A program made the position numbers and the translations under genes. From positions 310,001 to 374,000 of the forward strand of contig JAQGDQ010000081.1 of assembly GCA_030141605.1 (NCBI GenBank): a stretch of DNA of 64,000 bases, written 5' to 3'. Shown here in pieces: positions 37,493 through 52,844 of this stretch. The notes under the pieces were generated by a model, which was given only the letters and a program-made list of their open reading frames with translations, searched no databases and had not been told where the DNA came from. Each line of letters begins with the position of its first letter. The first letter of the stretch is position 1. The stretch comes from Tubiluchus corallicola. Taxonomy: Eukaryota > Animalia > Priapulida.

Positions 37493-37570
37493 AAAAAAGT
37501 TGAAACAGAGCTTAGATTTGAACCAGGGGCCTTCTACTCACAAGGCAGGCGCCCTGACTATTGTACGTTT
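37493..37570 (-). mobile_element. tRNA-like remnant (Thr-TGT-like anticodon arm); tRNA pseudogene or SINE head
   Basis: Minus strand reads 'gtacaatagtcagggcg CCTGC CTTGTGA GTAGA aggcc CCTGG TTCAAAT CTAAG ctctgtttcaac TTTTTT'. It has a B-box, imperfect anticodon and T arms, and a Pol III-like T run. The acceptor stem is not intact. Confidence 0.45.
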
Positions 37571-39899
37571 GTATCAACACTGTACAATATCAATGATATT
37601 TAAACGTTTCGGCATCATTAATTCAACGAAGCATCAAAGAAAATTTTTCAAAGTTTAATCAAAACTTATTTGGTTTTCTGAGAAGATTGCCATCTTATTA
37701 GACATTCACGAAAATGCGTCACTTCCTACCGTTTTTGTCGTTAAAACGACTCCAGTGTCCATCTCTAGGCGCCAGCTCAAACCACGGCCACGCCTGCTTG
37801 CAATGAAAACTTTCAGTCTGTCTGTTTTTATAGAAAGAATGTTTAGCCGCGAGTTCATCGAACAAGGACAGTCAGAAATTCTGCTATTTCTCAACGAAAT
37901 AAATGGCAGATTGATTTACTTTGTAAAAAATGGAAATCAGTCACATGTTGGATTTTAATTTGGAATGCTGCAGTTGATTGGGACATTAAAAACGATGAAA
38001 TAATCACGCTAGTTTAAACAACGCGAGCTTATTGTGATGCGAAATTTCAGCATTTATACCTTAGTGGCAATACAAAACTATTCCATTCTCATATTTTTAT
38101 AATTATTCTAAATGCAGCATCATTTCGCAAAAATAACAATCGCACTTCTGTTGATTCTAGTCCCAATTGTTCCAGAAATTTCAGTAGAAATTCTCTTTTC
38201 ATCAGACATTGGTGTCTGGTTATATTATCGTCACTGACGAGTTATAGGTCCTCTAAACTTTCTAAATCGTGGTGAAATTAGTAGCGATCAACCAAACTTA
38301 TTAATAGGAGGGTCGAAGAGAGATACATTTTCCCAATACTTTTGCTTTGTTATTTTAAACTTTTACACAAAGGCTGATAACTAAATAATTATGCTGTGTA
38401 TGAATAACCAATATGGGATAGTCTGACAAACAAATGAACATCAAAATAGACGACAGTCTGGACTAGAGTTCCGGCAGTTTGTCTTAGTTCAACATCAAGT
38501 ATTGTATATTAAGGTCGAACAATGTTTGTTGAACCCACGATTTTTCTTTCTATGCAAATTAGTACGAGCAAAACAAACATGGCACATCTTCTTGTAAGCT
38601 CTCATAACAATGTTTTATAGTTATTTACATTTTTGTTTCGGAAAATAGCAGACCATGTTATGACCCGTCATCTGTCCAGCACGGAGTTTTTGCAAACTGT
38701 AGCGTGTAGTCTTCTTTACTGATAAACAAGGAAACAGACTATTATAAGATGACGCTCATGGCTTGAATTGAATGCAAGAAAACAGATTTTTCCATAACCA
38801 TATTCGTCTAGAATTACAGCTACGTTTAAATCCAGTTTATACCCTTCAATGCAGTATTTAATCCACAGCTACTCAAAACTAGTGTCAAACTAGTTTACTG
38901 TAATCAATTATTATAAAGTCCGGAATTGTTTGACTTTAGAACCTTTGTCACAGGATCAAGCGACGAACCTTAATAGCTTATCAATGCTGCATATAATTAA
39001 CGAAAAATGACCACTGATTTAAATTTCAGGCATGCAAATCCGTGATCTCTTGAAATTGGGCCCTCTCACACAGTTTTTTAATCCACGGTTGTGCAGACCT
39101 AGAGGAAGGAAGAACTGGAGCATGCTGAGTCAGCAACCATTCTGTCCAATTTCATCACCCAATTACACAAACTGCCTATGTATCTTACCGCCAAATTTCA
39201 TCATGTTCTAACATGACTCACAGTCGACCAATCAGAAGGCGCCACAACAAAACTCTAATGAAATTTGACCGCATTTGATTAGTTAACTAATCTTGGTTTG
39301 CTGCATAGTGACGACAACTGCTGTACAATCAGGGACTGTCACCCCCAATATCATAAATGTCGCGTTACACCAATGGCTTCTTTGTCTGAATACCATACGA
39401 TCTTCTTTTGTCTTTATTACTTCATTTCTAAGTCCTCATTAGGCAAGCATGCATTATGTGCAGTCGTAAGTGTGGGAGTCTGCATTAGCAGTCATGTGCG
39501 TGCTTTGGCAAAACCTGCACACTCATTCAAGTCGTTTTTTATTACCATTTTGAGTTGAAAGTCTGGTTACGCCCTTGCAAGCAAAAGCTTAAAATTCTAG
39601 TTTGTGAAATATCTTTTTTAATGACACTGACTTTGGCTGACTCTTAAAGTTCTTGACTATTTGTTTATAATTTTTTATGATATTGACAAAACTTGATTGT
39701 TCTATGAGTTTTTCTACTCTGCTTGACACACTGTTAACCGAAATCTAGTAAGCAGTGCAAAGATTGACTACTTGTACTAATGTTATATACTCGCGGAAGG
39801 AGAAAAATCTTTTTGAAGATTAACACTGAATTGGCAAAATATGTATCAGCCTGTTGGGCCGGTGAATATATTCTGCCGTAGCGAGAGAAATGAACAGCA

Positions 39900-40005
39900 T
39901 GACTGATTGATTGATTGGCTGATTGATTGACTGACTAATTGACTGTTTGATAGATAGATAGATTGATTGATTGGTGACTGATCGATCGATTAATCTATTG
40001 ATTGA
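39900..40005. repeat. (GATT/GACT/GATA)n tetranucleotide tract
   Basis: Direct inspection. Confidence 0.85.
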
Positions 40006-42944
40006 AAACTTTATTTCGGATTCACTCCTGCAGATCGAGCACTTTGAAGATTTACTGGTCACCACTCCATTCAGTAACCAGGTCCGAAGGTGCCTAGCTG
40101 ACCAGCTAAGCATACACCGTGACCTCTTGTTCGTTTTAACGTTAAATTTTGACAAACGTGGAAAAACAAAAAACCGTAAATCTTTTTGGCAGTTTTATAA
40201 CACTTTTCAGTGCAATCCATAGTATATATGCATATGGAATAAGACAAATATTCTAATCTAATGTAATTTAACTTAATCTATCCTTCGTTTCTGCACGTGC
40301 AATGTACGATATTTGCAGTAATTTTGTTATTATTTTGAACGTATATAATAGTCGCAATATCCTATTAAATGTTCGATGTCTTACATCTTCTATAATGTAT
40401 AAGATGTTTTCATATGAGCATCCTTGCAACATATAAGGGTCAGACTCATATTGTCAAAACAATTTTCCTTATTGTTTGTCAGTGTAATTAATAAATCAAA
40501 TTGTGCCCAAAGGACCCACTAATTTCCCAGCCTAACTGGGTGATTCACCAATCTAGTTGTAACAATATTATGCTTTTTAGACACATTGAATACTCATGAG
40601 CATACACACACCTGATGAATAAGCATCTTGCAACGAGCCAAAAGACACACCAGAATTAATTTATTATCTCTGTTATATGCGCATGTCATTAGCAATTACG
40701 TATTAGCATAACAGAATCGTACATAGCTCAAACAAGCTTATGTAGATAGACGAGAGTTTTAACTCAAGTTTACAAGAACTTGTTAACTACTTTTTGGTTT
40801 AGAAAGATTAATTAAACTATTTCTACTTATTTGTACTTTTGAGAAAATGGGATCATTGGGGGAAACAGTAGGTTCTGTGCCTTTTTTGGGTAGTAAGTTC
40901 CTTTATGCGCTCCAGAGCAGGAGATTCTTTTAACGAAGTAATGCAATACGAAATTTTAGTGATTTACAGCAATGCACAGGAGTGGTTAACACAAATGTTA
41001 TCAATGGACTGGTTTGTATACCCCACCTATCTTCTTTCACTTTGTAGCATTTACGTTATATTTAGTAAAACTAAAGGTAAAAAGTATACAAGCTGCAATT
41101 AAGTCTAATCGTTCAGCTGTAGGAGTTTTCAATGGATCCATTTCCAGCCCATAAACTCTTGAACCTGAAGCTTGATTTTTTTAAGAAACTCACAGTCACT
41201 CACTCATTAGTTGTATGATTCGATGATTTGATCATAGTTTTCATTTCAAAATCTGATCGAGTTGAGAATGTTACTGCAAATTTTACTGGATAGTTGCAAT
41301 ATTTTTGGGTGTACAGATTTCTGCACTGGGAAGAAAGAGAGTAATTCAATTCTACTCACCAACCTTTTAGCCATTCTCGTTGGCTTCCCGTAAAAGCATG
41401 ATTGTGTCCATTCTCTGCTGACTATATCAGTCCTGAGAGGAGAGAGAGCGCCGAAGGGTTGACATGACAGTTCAATTATCTTGTTAAATTCGCACCCTAT
41501 CACACTAATAACAGCCGTCTCTTGTGGCAAAGACTTCCTCTCATTACCATAGCAACCATTATCTGTGTATCAGTAGAGTTGACCAAAATAAGTGACTACT
41601 AGTAAGTAACACAGTGAAACGTAACAAACAGTTTACATAGTTATGTAGCAACCAAAGTTGACAGTCAGAGTATTTTGCAATTTTTCAAGTAACCTGAATT
41701 AACTGAACGTTATCTTCATAATAAGTTTCAGTCTGTTCTTTAGAAATTTTCGGTTTTTGACGCGTCAGAAAAATTGTCAACTAGTTGTATTTATTTTTTG
41801 TGTCAGAGTAGTCAGAGTACTACTTTGGGGATCAGGTTAAGCAGTAACGAAGTTTAGAGATCTTGCGTACATTTTTGTGTACACGTTGTCATTTGCCAAT
41901 TACATACTAAATTTTTAAGTTGAATAATTAAAGCACTTAACCACGGCAGACCTGACATTTAAAATGCTTTGTACTGAAGCCAAATATAATTTCTTTATAA
42001 AAGGTTATTTGCTAAGACGTTTTTTCAAAAATTCATAATACCAGCGGTAAAATACCTGTTTCTTAAGTTGTTTGATTGACTTTGAAAATACAATTGTAGA
42101 TTTGCAAATCTTCAATATCACCAAACTCTAAATGAACATAGAGAGAGGCATTTGCTTTTTGCCATGCTTCAGTGTACTCATTCTCTTTTACTTTTAATTG
42201 CATGAATGTGTATTACGTGCACAGGTGTATATGCATATTTGCGTGCACGCGTATATTCATGCACTGATACACATGTATTACAAAACCCACCCATGTACAC
42301 ATATATACGCACAATGTATTATCAAAATTTAAATACTCGAGTTGAAACCTTGAACATACCTATTTATATAGTATGTCTATACTTAACGTTTGTAAGTATC
42401 TCGTTTTGATATTAAGTTAAGTTAGATTGTGTTACTGTTTTGTATTTATGTCAGTTATTATTGATTTGTTGTGCTATTGTTGACCTACTATCCCGTGGTC
42501 AATAAAACTAACTAACTAACTAACTATTGATAGTTTTCTTTGGAGATATCTTTTGAATGACTGCACAAAAGTATTGTGAACTTGCATTACGCTGAGCTAA
42601 TCGTCTCATTACAAGAGATGAAAAATCGTAAAGTTTTTTCCTTTTGGGCAAAAAAGGATAAAGAAACGAAACAAGTTTTCAAAGCTCCGACGCCCTATTG
42701 AAAGCCATCAGAAATAAACAAACGACACCTTAAATACCAAAAGTTTCCACCAAACTTGCGAAGAAACTGGCTAATTGTTTACTTTTGTTTATTCTTGTGC
42801 AGCGTCCAAGAAGACACAAACTTTCAAAGTTTATTTAAAGAACAAACATTTTTTTCTCTTATAAAGGAAGAAAAATTCCTGAGAAACGAGGCGAAAATGT
42901 TTCACACAGAAAGGAGACGAAGTTAACAAATACTATGCGAATAA

Positions 42945-43085
42945 AATGAATGAATGAATGAATGAACGATGGAGTGAATGAACGAACGAATGAGTGATTG
43001 AGTGAATGAGTGATGAGTACAATGAATTAATGGAAGAATGAACGAATGAATGAGTGAGCGAATGAATGAATGACTGAATAAATGT
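42945..43085. repeat. (GAAT/GAGT)n tetranucleotide tract
   Basis: Direct inspection. Confidence 0.85.
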
Positions 43086-44815
43086 GAGTCGACGGATCAA
43101 CCAACAAATCAGTACCTAAACTGACTTACCATTCCACTGCCATACGTCAATCACCAATCGGAGAATCCGTTCATTACTCGGTTAGTTGGTGGGTTTTATA
43201 TCCTTACGACCCTCTAAGTTGCCGGCTAGCTAAGAATGAGGGGCCACGGTCCATAGTGTAGTTTTGATAAGCTTTTCTTGTTTTTCAAACTGTACTGTAT
43301 GTGCATGCAGGAATGGAAAAATTTAATAATGCCACTGTTATCCGTTCCAGACAGGCACTAAGAACTATCCATGTGCGAGACACAAGTAGCACTTTTTTCG
43401 ATACTATCTCTTTTTTTTTCTTAATTTCATCTTCAGTCCTCTCTTTTTCTAATGTCCACCGACATGTGTGCTCTTTGCTCTTTAACACACATTAAATCAT
43501 TTGATTTAATCAATTTTTGGAAGCTTTTTCTTGATTTCGCCGACTTCATAACATTGCAGATCGTATCCTCTCACATTTTACACGAAGGAGGCCCCAAGTG
43601 AACTCTTCTTTGAAATGACATTTGTAATTTTCGCAAGTAATAACAGATTTAGTTTAATTTCGTGTGCCTTTTTCACTTCTTCTGGTATCACATCTGTGTT
43701 AGTTCACCATGGTGACGTATTCAAAGTACAAATAGATGTAACTATGGTGATCATGTAAGACAAGGAACAGTTTTGTAAAACTAAACTGCTTCTTCTAGTG
43801 TAACAGGTATGTTCGTCATGGTGACTTCTACGATGTAAAGTGTAATGAGAAGTAACTATGGTGATTATTTTCATTAGGAATAGTCTTGAAGATCAAACTG
43901 CCTCCGTAAAGAAGGGCGTTCTCCATAGTGGCCTTTCCGTACTAAATTGTAAATAAGAGGAAAAGTGGATGCCCTTTTGATATAAACACGGCGAGTTTTT
44001 GAAATGTTGGTACTCAAAAGGCCACTTAAAAATAACGATTTCAATAGTGTAAATAGTATAATAGTAATGTACATTATTAGTTGTATTTAAATTTTGAGAT
44101 GAGCTCCCAACATTCCCTTAATCCTCTGCGCTAAGCCTTTTTAGGGCTTCCCAACGGAACCGAGGTGGTATGCATAATTCTGATGCTAGCTTCTGTATCT
44201 TCCAATGATCATTTTTAGAAAACCAACAAAGACCATTTTTACACAAAGTTTGTTGATATAGCCATTACTTGAACTTCAAGGTATTTGAACTGCGCTGCTT
44301 AGGTAGAGCCAGGTACTGAGCTGCATAAACAGCACCACAGCCCACTGTTAGATGACAATCATGACAGATTTCATATCCTTCAAGGATTTCTATCTTAAGC
44401 AAGACGTCAATTATGTCTGGACTTCTCAGTTCTGGTCAGCGTAAACTCGGTTGAAACTGACGTAGTAACTTCAGAAGTTGCTAGTGGAATATTTGCCTAC
44501 CAGCCAATCAGCGTGGAAAACACAACATATCTGACTTTGTACAAACAAGTTAGGCAGCCAGGCTCATAAAAGTCAATATGTGCATAGCGATAATCACTCA
44601 CACTTATACCTGTTTCTGTGATCAAGTCCACATTGTTGACTTTCTTTTCGCGCTCGACCCAAAGAGCTTGTGAATACGGGAATAAAATGAAAAAAATAAA
44701 CCCGAAGTTCTTTATGCTTAGATGCTAGTTCTATGTAGTATAAGGTAACCGTTTGCACATAGCAATTTAATGAGATTATGGTGTTAGGCGTGTAAAATAG
44801 GAAGGAAACGAGGAA

Positions 44816-44818
<3 letters not shown>

Positions 44819-44902
<84 letters not shown>

Positions 44903-44948
44903 GAGAGGGAGAGAGAGAGGCTGGAGGCAGGGAGGGAGGGAGGGAGTT

Positions 44949-45041
<93 letters not shown>
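44819..45041. repeat. Compound (GA)n microsatellite
   Basis: Direct inspection. Confidence 0.95.
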
Positions 45042-45044
<3 letters not shown>

Positions 45045-47599
45045 AATAATCGGCTAATAAAGGCTATTAAACCAACAGCAATCGAACATATAATACGGTC
45101 GTTCATTTTAGAGGCCAAGTCATCCATTACATTTCAAGCATTTGTAGTCAAATAGTCAACCAATTAAATAATTCTTGTAACTGTTAGTGTACAGTAATTT
45201 AATCATATTGTTGTGATTGATGCATGTAATTGATCAATTTTCAAAACTTATTCATGAAAAAAAATATTCGCAACTTTAAGAAAGTCCTGTAAACGGAGAA
45301 AAGGAACTGGAAGACAGTGTTGCTTGGAGAAAGAGAGCACTTGTGATCGTGCTTATCACGCCTCTCTTTTTCAATCCGCGGAGAATCTGGCCGTGTTTAC
45401 ATCAATCGTTACAAGAGTATTCACAGATAATTACTATTTGCTTAGTAGTGTGTTTGCAGGGTTAGCATCAATGGAAACATGGAGAAGAGGCGATGATTGG
45501 GATTATCTAAGCAAAGAGGAAAACACTATCACCACTTACATCAGCTCAGCTATTACGTTTGGCAAGGCTCAGAAAATGCTTAACCCTAACCGGATAATTG
45601 TTAACCCGCCTTGCCTAACAATGTCTCTGGTTTCTGCATCTGTGGTTCAGCGGTAGCACATGCCACAGTGATAAATGAGTGTCACACCTTTGCGTGATTA
45701 GACTGTAGATTATGACGGTAGTCAGGAGTAGCCGTGGCTAGTGGGGCTGCACTGATAGGAATTTCTATAATCACAGCCTTAATGGCATTTAATCAACATT
45801 GCTATTGCTTGGTAACAGTATCTCTCTCACAATGGGGAAGCATAAGGATAAACATCACCAGGTAAAGGAACCCTATTCTTAGGATTACTTAGAAGGATTG
45901 ATGTACAAAGGACTGTAAGTCATTTGACCAATGGTCCTTTCTTCATACCCCATTTTGAACTAGAAAGGCAGTTATTAAGTCTTCTAAAATGCATCACATT
46001 GAAGTTGCAAAATTAGTGTCATGAACATATTACAGATGAAACTGTGTTAACGGACGTACCGTTGTCGATTTTATTTGCCCCTAAGGTGTGACACAATATC
46101 AGTTTACCGTGCGCAGATTTACGAGAAAACATCTTAATTAAATAAATCAATATTGTGACATTAATCTTATTACTTTAAAAAAATACATACATCAAAATCA
46201 ACACACGCCATGAAGCATTAATTGAGGCTGGTGTTGCCAGAACGGATGAGAAGGGAAGGACTAGTTTAATTATCAGTAAAACTGATTTAATTAAAGAATT
46301 TTTGCGCTGAAAGTCCGAGGGCTACTCATTGTGAAAACACGCTGCAACCCACGTTTCTGTAACTGTCGTAGTTTTGCCTGATTTCTGAACATTTTCCGCG
46401 CCCTGGACGCGTTGCACGTGAGTTCTCTTTCTGGATCCTCATCGGGCCAATCACGGTTGACAATGATTAATCGTGTAAGTATAACTCAACCCTATACCTG
46501 CGGCAAATTTCATGATTTCATCTTTTTTATACCCTGCAATAAAATCATGCCAGACAATGGCTGCCTTTGTGAATGGCATCCCTGGGCTGTAGGCCTAGCT
46601 TGTAGGACAGGTGGGGATGAGCAGAGCTGCACATAGTACTTTAATACTTTAATCCCCCCGCCCTAATACATTATGCATGCACATATGCTATCGGCGCAAC
46701 AATTTGCTACCCCTTTGTGCTACCTCTTTTTGTGCCTGTGGGGGAGAATGGCAGTCTGTTTACCTATCATCGTTTTGCGTTTTATACACACGTGATTACA
46801 GGAGTTATAAGGTATTATTTGTCGAATATGGTGTTTGCTTTGCGGATTAGTTAACCGTGGATTTCGGTTAGCGGCGTCTGGTGGTAAAATTCGTCCATTG
46901 TTAGCGCGGTTTTTCTTACTGCCGCTCAAAGCAGAGAGTTATTATGGTCGTCTAACCCCAGTAGAAAAAGCGACGAATTCCGTTAATCTTAACCTCACAT
47001 TAAAGCAGTGTTTACCTGTAAGAGTTGTGCATTCTTTTTAGCAGATCGCGCCACATGTTTTTTATTTTCCTCCACTAAAATGCAAGTTTAAGGAGCGCCC
47101 CAGTTGTTTTGGTAACCCAATTTGTTATTCTGTTGTTTTGGTTTCTTGTAAATACCGATTTGCTGCCAGTTTTAAGACTATTTCGTTGTTTTCTGTCTAT
47201 TTCCTTGAGTGGAGAGCCCAGTATTTTTCACTGTTCAATGATTTTTTTTATTCACTAGTATTATGCATGGACATAAATTTTGTAGCGGTTCGGGAGATTA
47301 CGACGATAGAAAAGATGCGGTTAAATGGCGCAGTGACCGATGCACGGCAACAGACATGATTGTTTGCGCACTGTTTATATTTACTCAGAGGAGTAATAGT
47401 AAACAAGCGGAAGAGTTTCGTAAACAAATCAGATAACACGGCAGCTGTGGTCTTGCTGTTCACAACAGGAAGAAGCCAGACAGTGAGGAATGATTGATAT
47501 TCTTTCTCCCGAAGCCAGATTTTTGGACGTTGGAGTTCGTCACTGTTGTGACGCGAATGAGGGCAACAGAAGAAGGAAAAGGAATGGAGTCAGGGAGGA

Positions 47600-47991
<392 letters not shown>

Positions 47992-50982
47992 TGAAGTGTA
48001 AGATTTGTGAGATTTGCTAGGATTTTGGCGTACTTGCGTTTTGCTGAAAGTGAAACCACGCACATGCGCTATAGTGGAAAACTTCAGCTGCTTGTCTGCT
48101 CACCGACAGGTGTAACCGATCGGATTTTGTTACTGGAGAGTCTGAACTGAATGAGCGCTAATATTTATATAACTGTTGACCACTTGAAAGAAGCCCTACT
48201 CTAATGAGTTTTGCTGAAATTGATCTGTGTTGTGGTATGTTGAATAAACACGTGAGCCGTGTGCCATAGACCTAGGTTTTCTTTGCACATGCATTCATAT
48301 ACATGAAGCTCGTTAGACTTGCTATATCCGAGAGGTATTAAAATAAACATCGCCTCGATTTAACCTCGTGTTAAGTAAACTCTTACTGTTTTTGGCATGG
48401 CGGCTTTTGGAAGAACTAGAGGCGGCATCTGTCGGCAATATGGTTGAAACTTACAAAAAAGTTCACTCGAAGTTTTAAAGTGGCTTTAAAGGAAATGCTC
48501 ATTTAATGGGATACTTTTGAGTGACTACACAAATTAAAATGATGCAAAACGTGTGTAACTGTAATAGTTTACATACATATGTACCTTGTATGTACCATGT
48601 ATAAGGTGTTAGGCATGTAATGACGGGTAACCTTATTAGCTTTACAGACCTTTTTATTCTGCTGCGACTGCTGCGTCGCTGTTGCTACTTCTGCGTCGCT
48701 GTTGCTACTTCTGCTGTTGTGTTGCTATTGTTGTTGTTGCTGCTGCAGTTACTACTGCTACTGCTGCTGTTACTACACTGTCAATGAAAGAAATTTTTCT
48801 AAGGCAGCAGTTTGATCTGCAGAATGGTTAAGGAAACGCTTCCACATACAATATATATAGCTAATACTTGCTTTTGTTGAACGAGATATCCAGACTGCCT
48901 GTGAGAGAAATATTAGCGTTTCAGAGAAGGGAAATTGGACTACAGGTTGACAGATTCACTTAATGATTGGGACATTGATCTTCCTGCAAACGTCTTCAGT
49001 TGTATGTAATTTTACCAGGATATCAAACCATTAATTGTGAGAGAATAAATTAAAAGCTGTTCTGATCATGCAAATTTTAAAATCAGTCCACATTTCCATT
49101 GAAGTTAAATTTAAAAAAACTCCACTGTAATAGTAACGCGAGTAGATGTGTATTTTATGTATTAATATTGAAAAACAAAAAAACTAATGGGATGTCATTG
49201 AACAATAAAAAAAATTGTCAGTGTTATGGATAATAGCTGGAATATAGCTTTTGAGTTGATTAAAACTTTGAAAAGTGTAATGACATTCTGACATATGCCC
49301 TAGTGAATATGGAAATTTACGGGGCAAAAAGATTGCAAACGAATGACAGTTTACAGAATGATTGTTTCGTTCGAACTAATTGAATGAAACGTAACTGATT
49401 GCAGACGGGTTCCCTTGTAGGAATCGTCCCGTTTTTCCTGTTTAGCCAATTTTACTATCAATATTTACGGGATTCAAGATGTCTGCTGGCAGGGAGATGT
49501 CACTAGCTGCGCGAATGTTTTGGCTCGAGGGCAGAAAAAACAAATTTTGTTTACAAATACGCAGTAGCATGCGGTTTCTGTCGCAATGTGTGCAGAAGAA
49601 CAAGAACGTGTTGATCCAAACAGCAAAGCTATGACAAGTTTACAGCTTTACGTTTTGACAAGTTAGATTTTGCTGCAAATGTATAAATTTCGTAATATTA
49701 AACAGAAACGTCGGTCATTCTTTTTGTAATTGTTAAGCACGTTGGCTTCCGAAGTGAGGACTGAAAAATGTGTTCACAAACTTAACTGCTGGAAAAAGTG
49801 GTTCCTGGTAGTTTGAAAAAAGATGAGACTTGTGATGACCTATATATGTATATAATTAATTAAATCTAAAAATTCTAAGAAAAAGCTAAGCACAGTACGT
49901 CATTTTTGAAAGGCTGCTTAAAAACGTCTGTTTGAAATGTACAAATTTTCTTTATTTTTTTAATTTAATTTTTGTTCGTATTTATGTGTGATTTGTATTG
50001 AGTTCTTTTTGTATTGAATTGTATTTAGTAGTGTAACTTGTGGTTTACAGTGTAAATTGTATTTTGCAACTTGTCTTTTACATCTATCAGTTTAAAGTCT
50101 GTCTTCAATGTCTTGTGTTTTATTTAATTTAACTTTATTGCAAATGAAGAACTTGTAAACAAATGTGTTATAGTTAAGTTGTACTGATGTAAAATTTTAA
50201 TTGAATAAATGAAATAGATAAACGTCTGCGTTCTAGCAAGCAAGCAAGCATTCTCTACAGCGGATAAAAGCCATTCGTCTGCACTCTGCACTTGCAGTTA
50301 ATGTACATGTGTTCCCGAATTGTTAAATTGAAAAATTGTCTTAAAGGAAGACAGGATGATTTTTCATACACTACCCAATTTTCGAATCCGATAAAAATTA
50401 TACATTTTAACACAATTAATACTGCAAAACCGTTCCTAGTAATTAAACTATAAATTAAAAACTTAACTAACGGCGAGCCCAACTATTGATGACATCACTA
50501 ATTAACGTTATTTTCAACAGCAAAAATATTCCATTAACGTGTTGCGCGTATTTGCGAAAGCGATAATTGAAGTGCAACAGTAAGAATTTCAGTGTGTTGT
50601 ACTAAAACTAGGCAAGTTTTATGATAAAAATTCAAATTTCAAATTTACCGCTGTGCTCACGCATGAGCTGTCGAATTTATGTAGTTCGACACAAGCTAAC
50701 ACATCTGAACTGAGAGGTGCAGCGCCTGTTTTCTGTGCAATGCGTTTCCGAAATGCAGGCGCTAATGCATGGTCTAACTATCGAATGGCGAAATGCGTGT
50801 AACAACAAATAACTAGTGGCGCGAACGCGAAATTGTCTTTGTAATAATTCTTTCACGTAAATCATTTTTGGAAAAATAGTACGTTTTCTTTCAATATTTT
50901 AAAGCGTAAATTGTTTTGACCTACAGTTTAAGATTGGGTCCGGTTTTGCTTTAAATAAATTTAACTCGCTTCTACTAGCAAC

Positions 50983-51150
50983 TTGGTTGTTGCTGCAGTT
51001 GATGTTGCTGTTGTTCTTACTGATTACTGTTGTAGTTGCTGTTATTGTTGTTGCTGCTGGTGGTTCTATTGTTGTTGCCGTTGCCGTTGCCGCTGCCGTT
51101 GTCGTTGTTGTTGTTCATTGTCGCTGTTAGTTGCAGTTGCTACTGCTGCT
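50983..51150. repeat. Degenerate (TTG/CTG/CCG)n tract
   Basis: Direct inspection. Confidence 0.8.
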
Positions 51151-51699
51151 GCTCATTTCCTTCTGTACCAAAATGCGCGACAATATGATCAAAATTGACG
51201 TTTAACTCCCTATTTGAAGAAAACTGCTAGCTGAACTTGTTTTTGTTATGGAAAGCAGTCTACGAATTTTCAACGGCGGAAACTGCTTATTGGCAAAATT
51301 TGATCCAAGATTCATGAATGCTTAGCAGCAAAGCAGACATATGTTCGGCTCGTAAAAATCTCCGCATGTTGATGCTATCTCGTTCCAACCAAATCTCAAT
51401 AATTCTTCTCTTCTTAAAATAAATATAATTCCCGGGTAAATGGAAGGAATTTGAATGAGTTATAGTTTGGGCGCTGGAAAGTGACACTTTGCTTTTATGA
51501 ACTTGGCTGTTTGCTCGAATATATTGCGGTTATGAGATATGGTAGAACGGATAAGTGTCTACTAGGAATAGACAAGATAAGGGCGCGAGAGAAATGAGAA
51601 AAACTATGTTTGAATGCTAAGTTTATGATTGCATTCTAATCTCGTCATTTTGAATTTCCTAGTGGAGTCCTGCAGTTATACAGATAGATAAGCTGAAAA

Positions 51700-52060
51700 T
51701 GATGGCTAACGACAACCATGATAACGATGGCAGTAATGTGTGTGGAGCTTGTGATCGAGGTGCTGTTGGTGATAATGATGATGACTATAATGATAACGAC
51801 AATGACGACAATGACAAGGACAGTGATGATGATGGTGATGATGATAATGATGATGACTATAATGATGACGCTAATGACGACAGTGGCAAAGACAGTGATG
51901 ATGATGGTGATGGTGATGATGATTATTGATGTTAATGATGATCATGGTGATGATGATGATGATGTTGATGGTATGATGATGATTACCGATGTTAATGATG
52001 GTGATGGTAATGATGATGATGATGTTATTGTTGTTTATATTGTGATGATGAAGTTGATAA
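51700..52060. repeat. Degenerate (GAT/GAC)n tract
   Basis: Direct inspection. Confidence 0.9.
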
Positions 52061-52136
52061 TGTTAGGAGTAGATTAAATTTAACTGGTCTTGGTGGAGTT
52101 GACGTTGTTAGTAGTAATGAAGAAGAAAGGATCAAA

Positions 52137-52159
52137 AGCAGTAGTAGTAGTAGTAGCGA

Positions 52160-52222
<63 letters not shown>
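52137..52222. repeat. (CAG/TAG)n microsatellite abutting the E segment of U7
   Basis: Direct inspection. Confidence 0.9.
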
Positions 52223-52223
<1 letters not shown>

Positions 52224-52844
52224 TGCCAAACTGTTTGAGTAGTGAAAATCGCTCAGTTAATTTTCGGCAGTAACGATTTTTTTCGGTATACACCTTCCAC
52301 TGTACTTTTAGCTTCACTGGCTTCCTTTGTTTTAGCATCTTCTGTTGAATTGGTTACTCACATTCATAATGATTTAATGCTGACGTAAACCTATTTTTTA
52401 GACTACACGGACAAAATCAAGGCTGTCCAGATCTTAAAGTGTGTACGAAAAGCCACAAGTGCTAGATCCTCTCCATACTGTGAAATTTTAATGTTGCAAA
52501 AACACGTTCAACATCTATCAGGGGAGTTGTTTGAATTTTTGACGCCTCGTCAGTAAGCGATGCTCAAGAAGAACAGGGTAAAAACAGCCGCTGTTTAGAC
52601 AGCGCTGCGTCTTCCAGCTGCAATTCATTGCCAATTAAAAGCGGATGTAAAGCTTTCAAAATAAACACGAGTCGCTTTTTCGAACTCACACGCGCTGTGG
52701 TTAAAATTGCAGCCGATAGATGGCGGTGCACGTGAACCGTTCTCTAAAACAACTTCGAGTCCCAGTGTTTTAGTCTTGTGTGACTTTTTAGGCGGCTGTG
52801 AGTAGTTTTCTGTTTTTGCGACTGCAGCTATCAACGTCCAATTA

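Larger units (their letters stand above)
32000..38328 (-). pseudogene. Array unit U5: decayed gene for an uncharacterised secreted Cys-containing protein
   Basis: ATG at 38328 opens signal-like 'MYLSSTLLLISLV'. A-like: 'QAWPWFELAP' (~37765-37800). B: 'ITDCESLGLEMFSEILAEIT' (~36870-36930). C: 'VCLHFTQTHWILP' (~36325-36365). D: 'GYKFPGINRIKLVHDLASLVIN' and 'LADSLFNK..LPSGTHPVFGQAIYNN' (35780-36075). E: 'LAHPMREDNKTIFSK' (~33185-33230). F: 'KIEAIVGQQPSKRRKTKMKPHHFYYSL' (~32187-32268). Confidence 0.7.
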
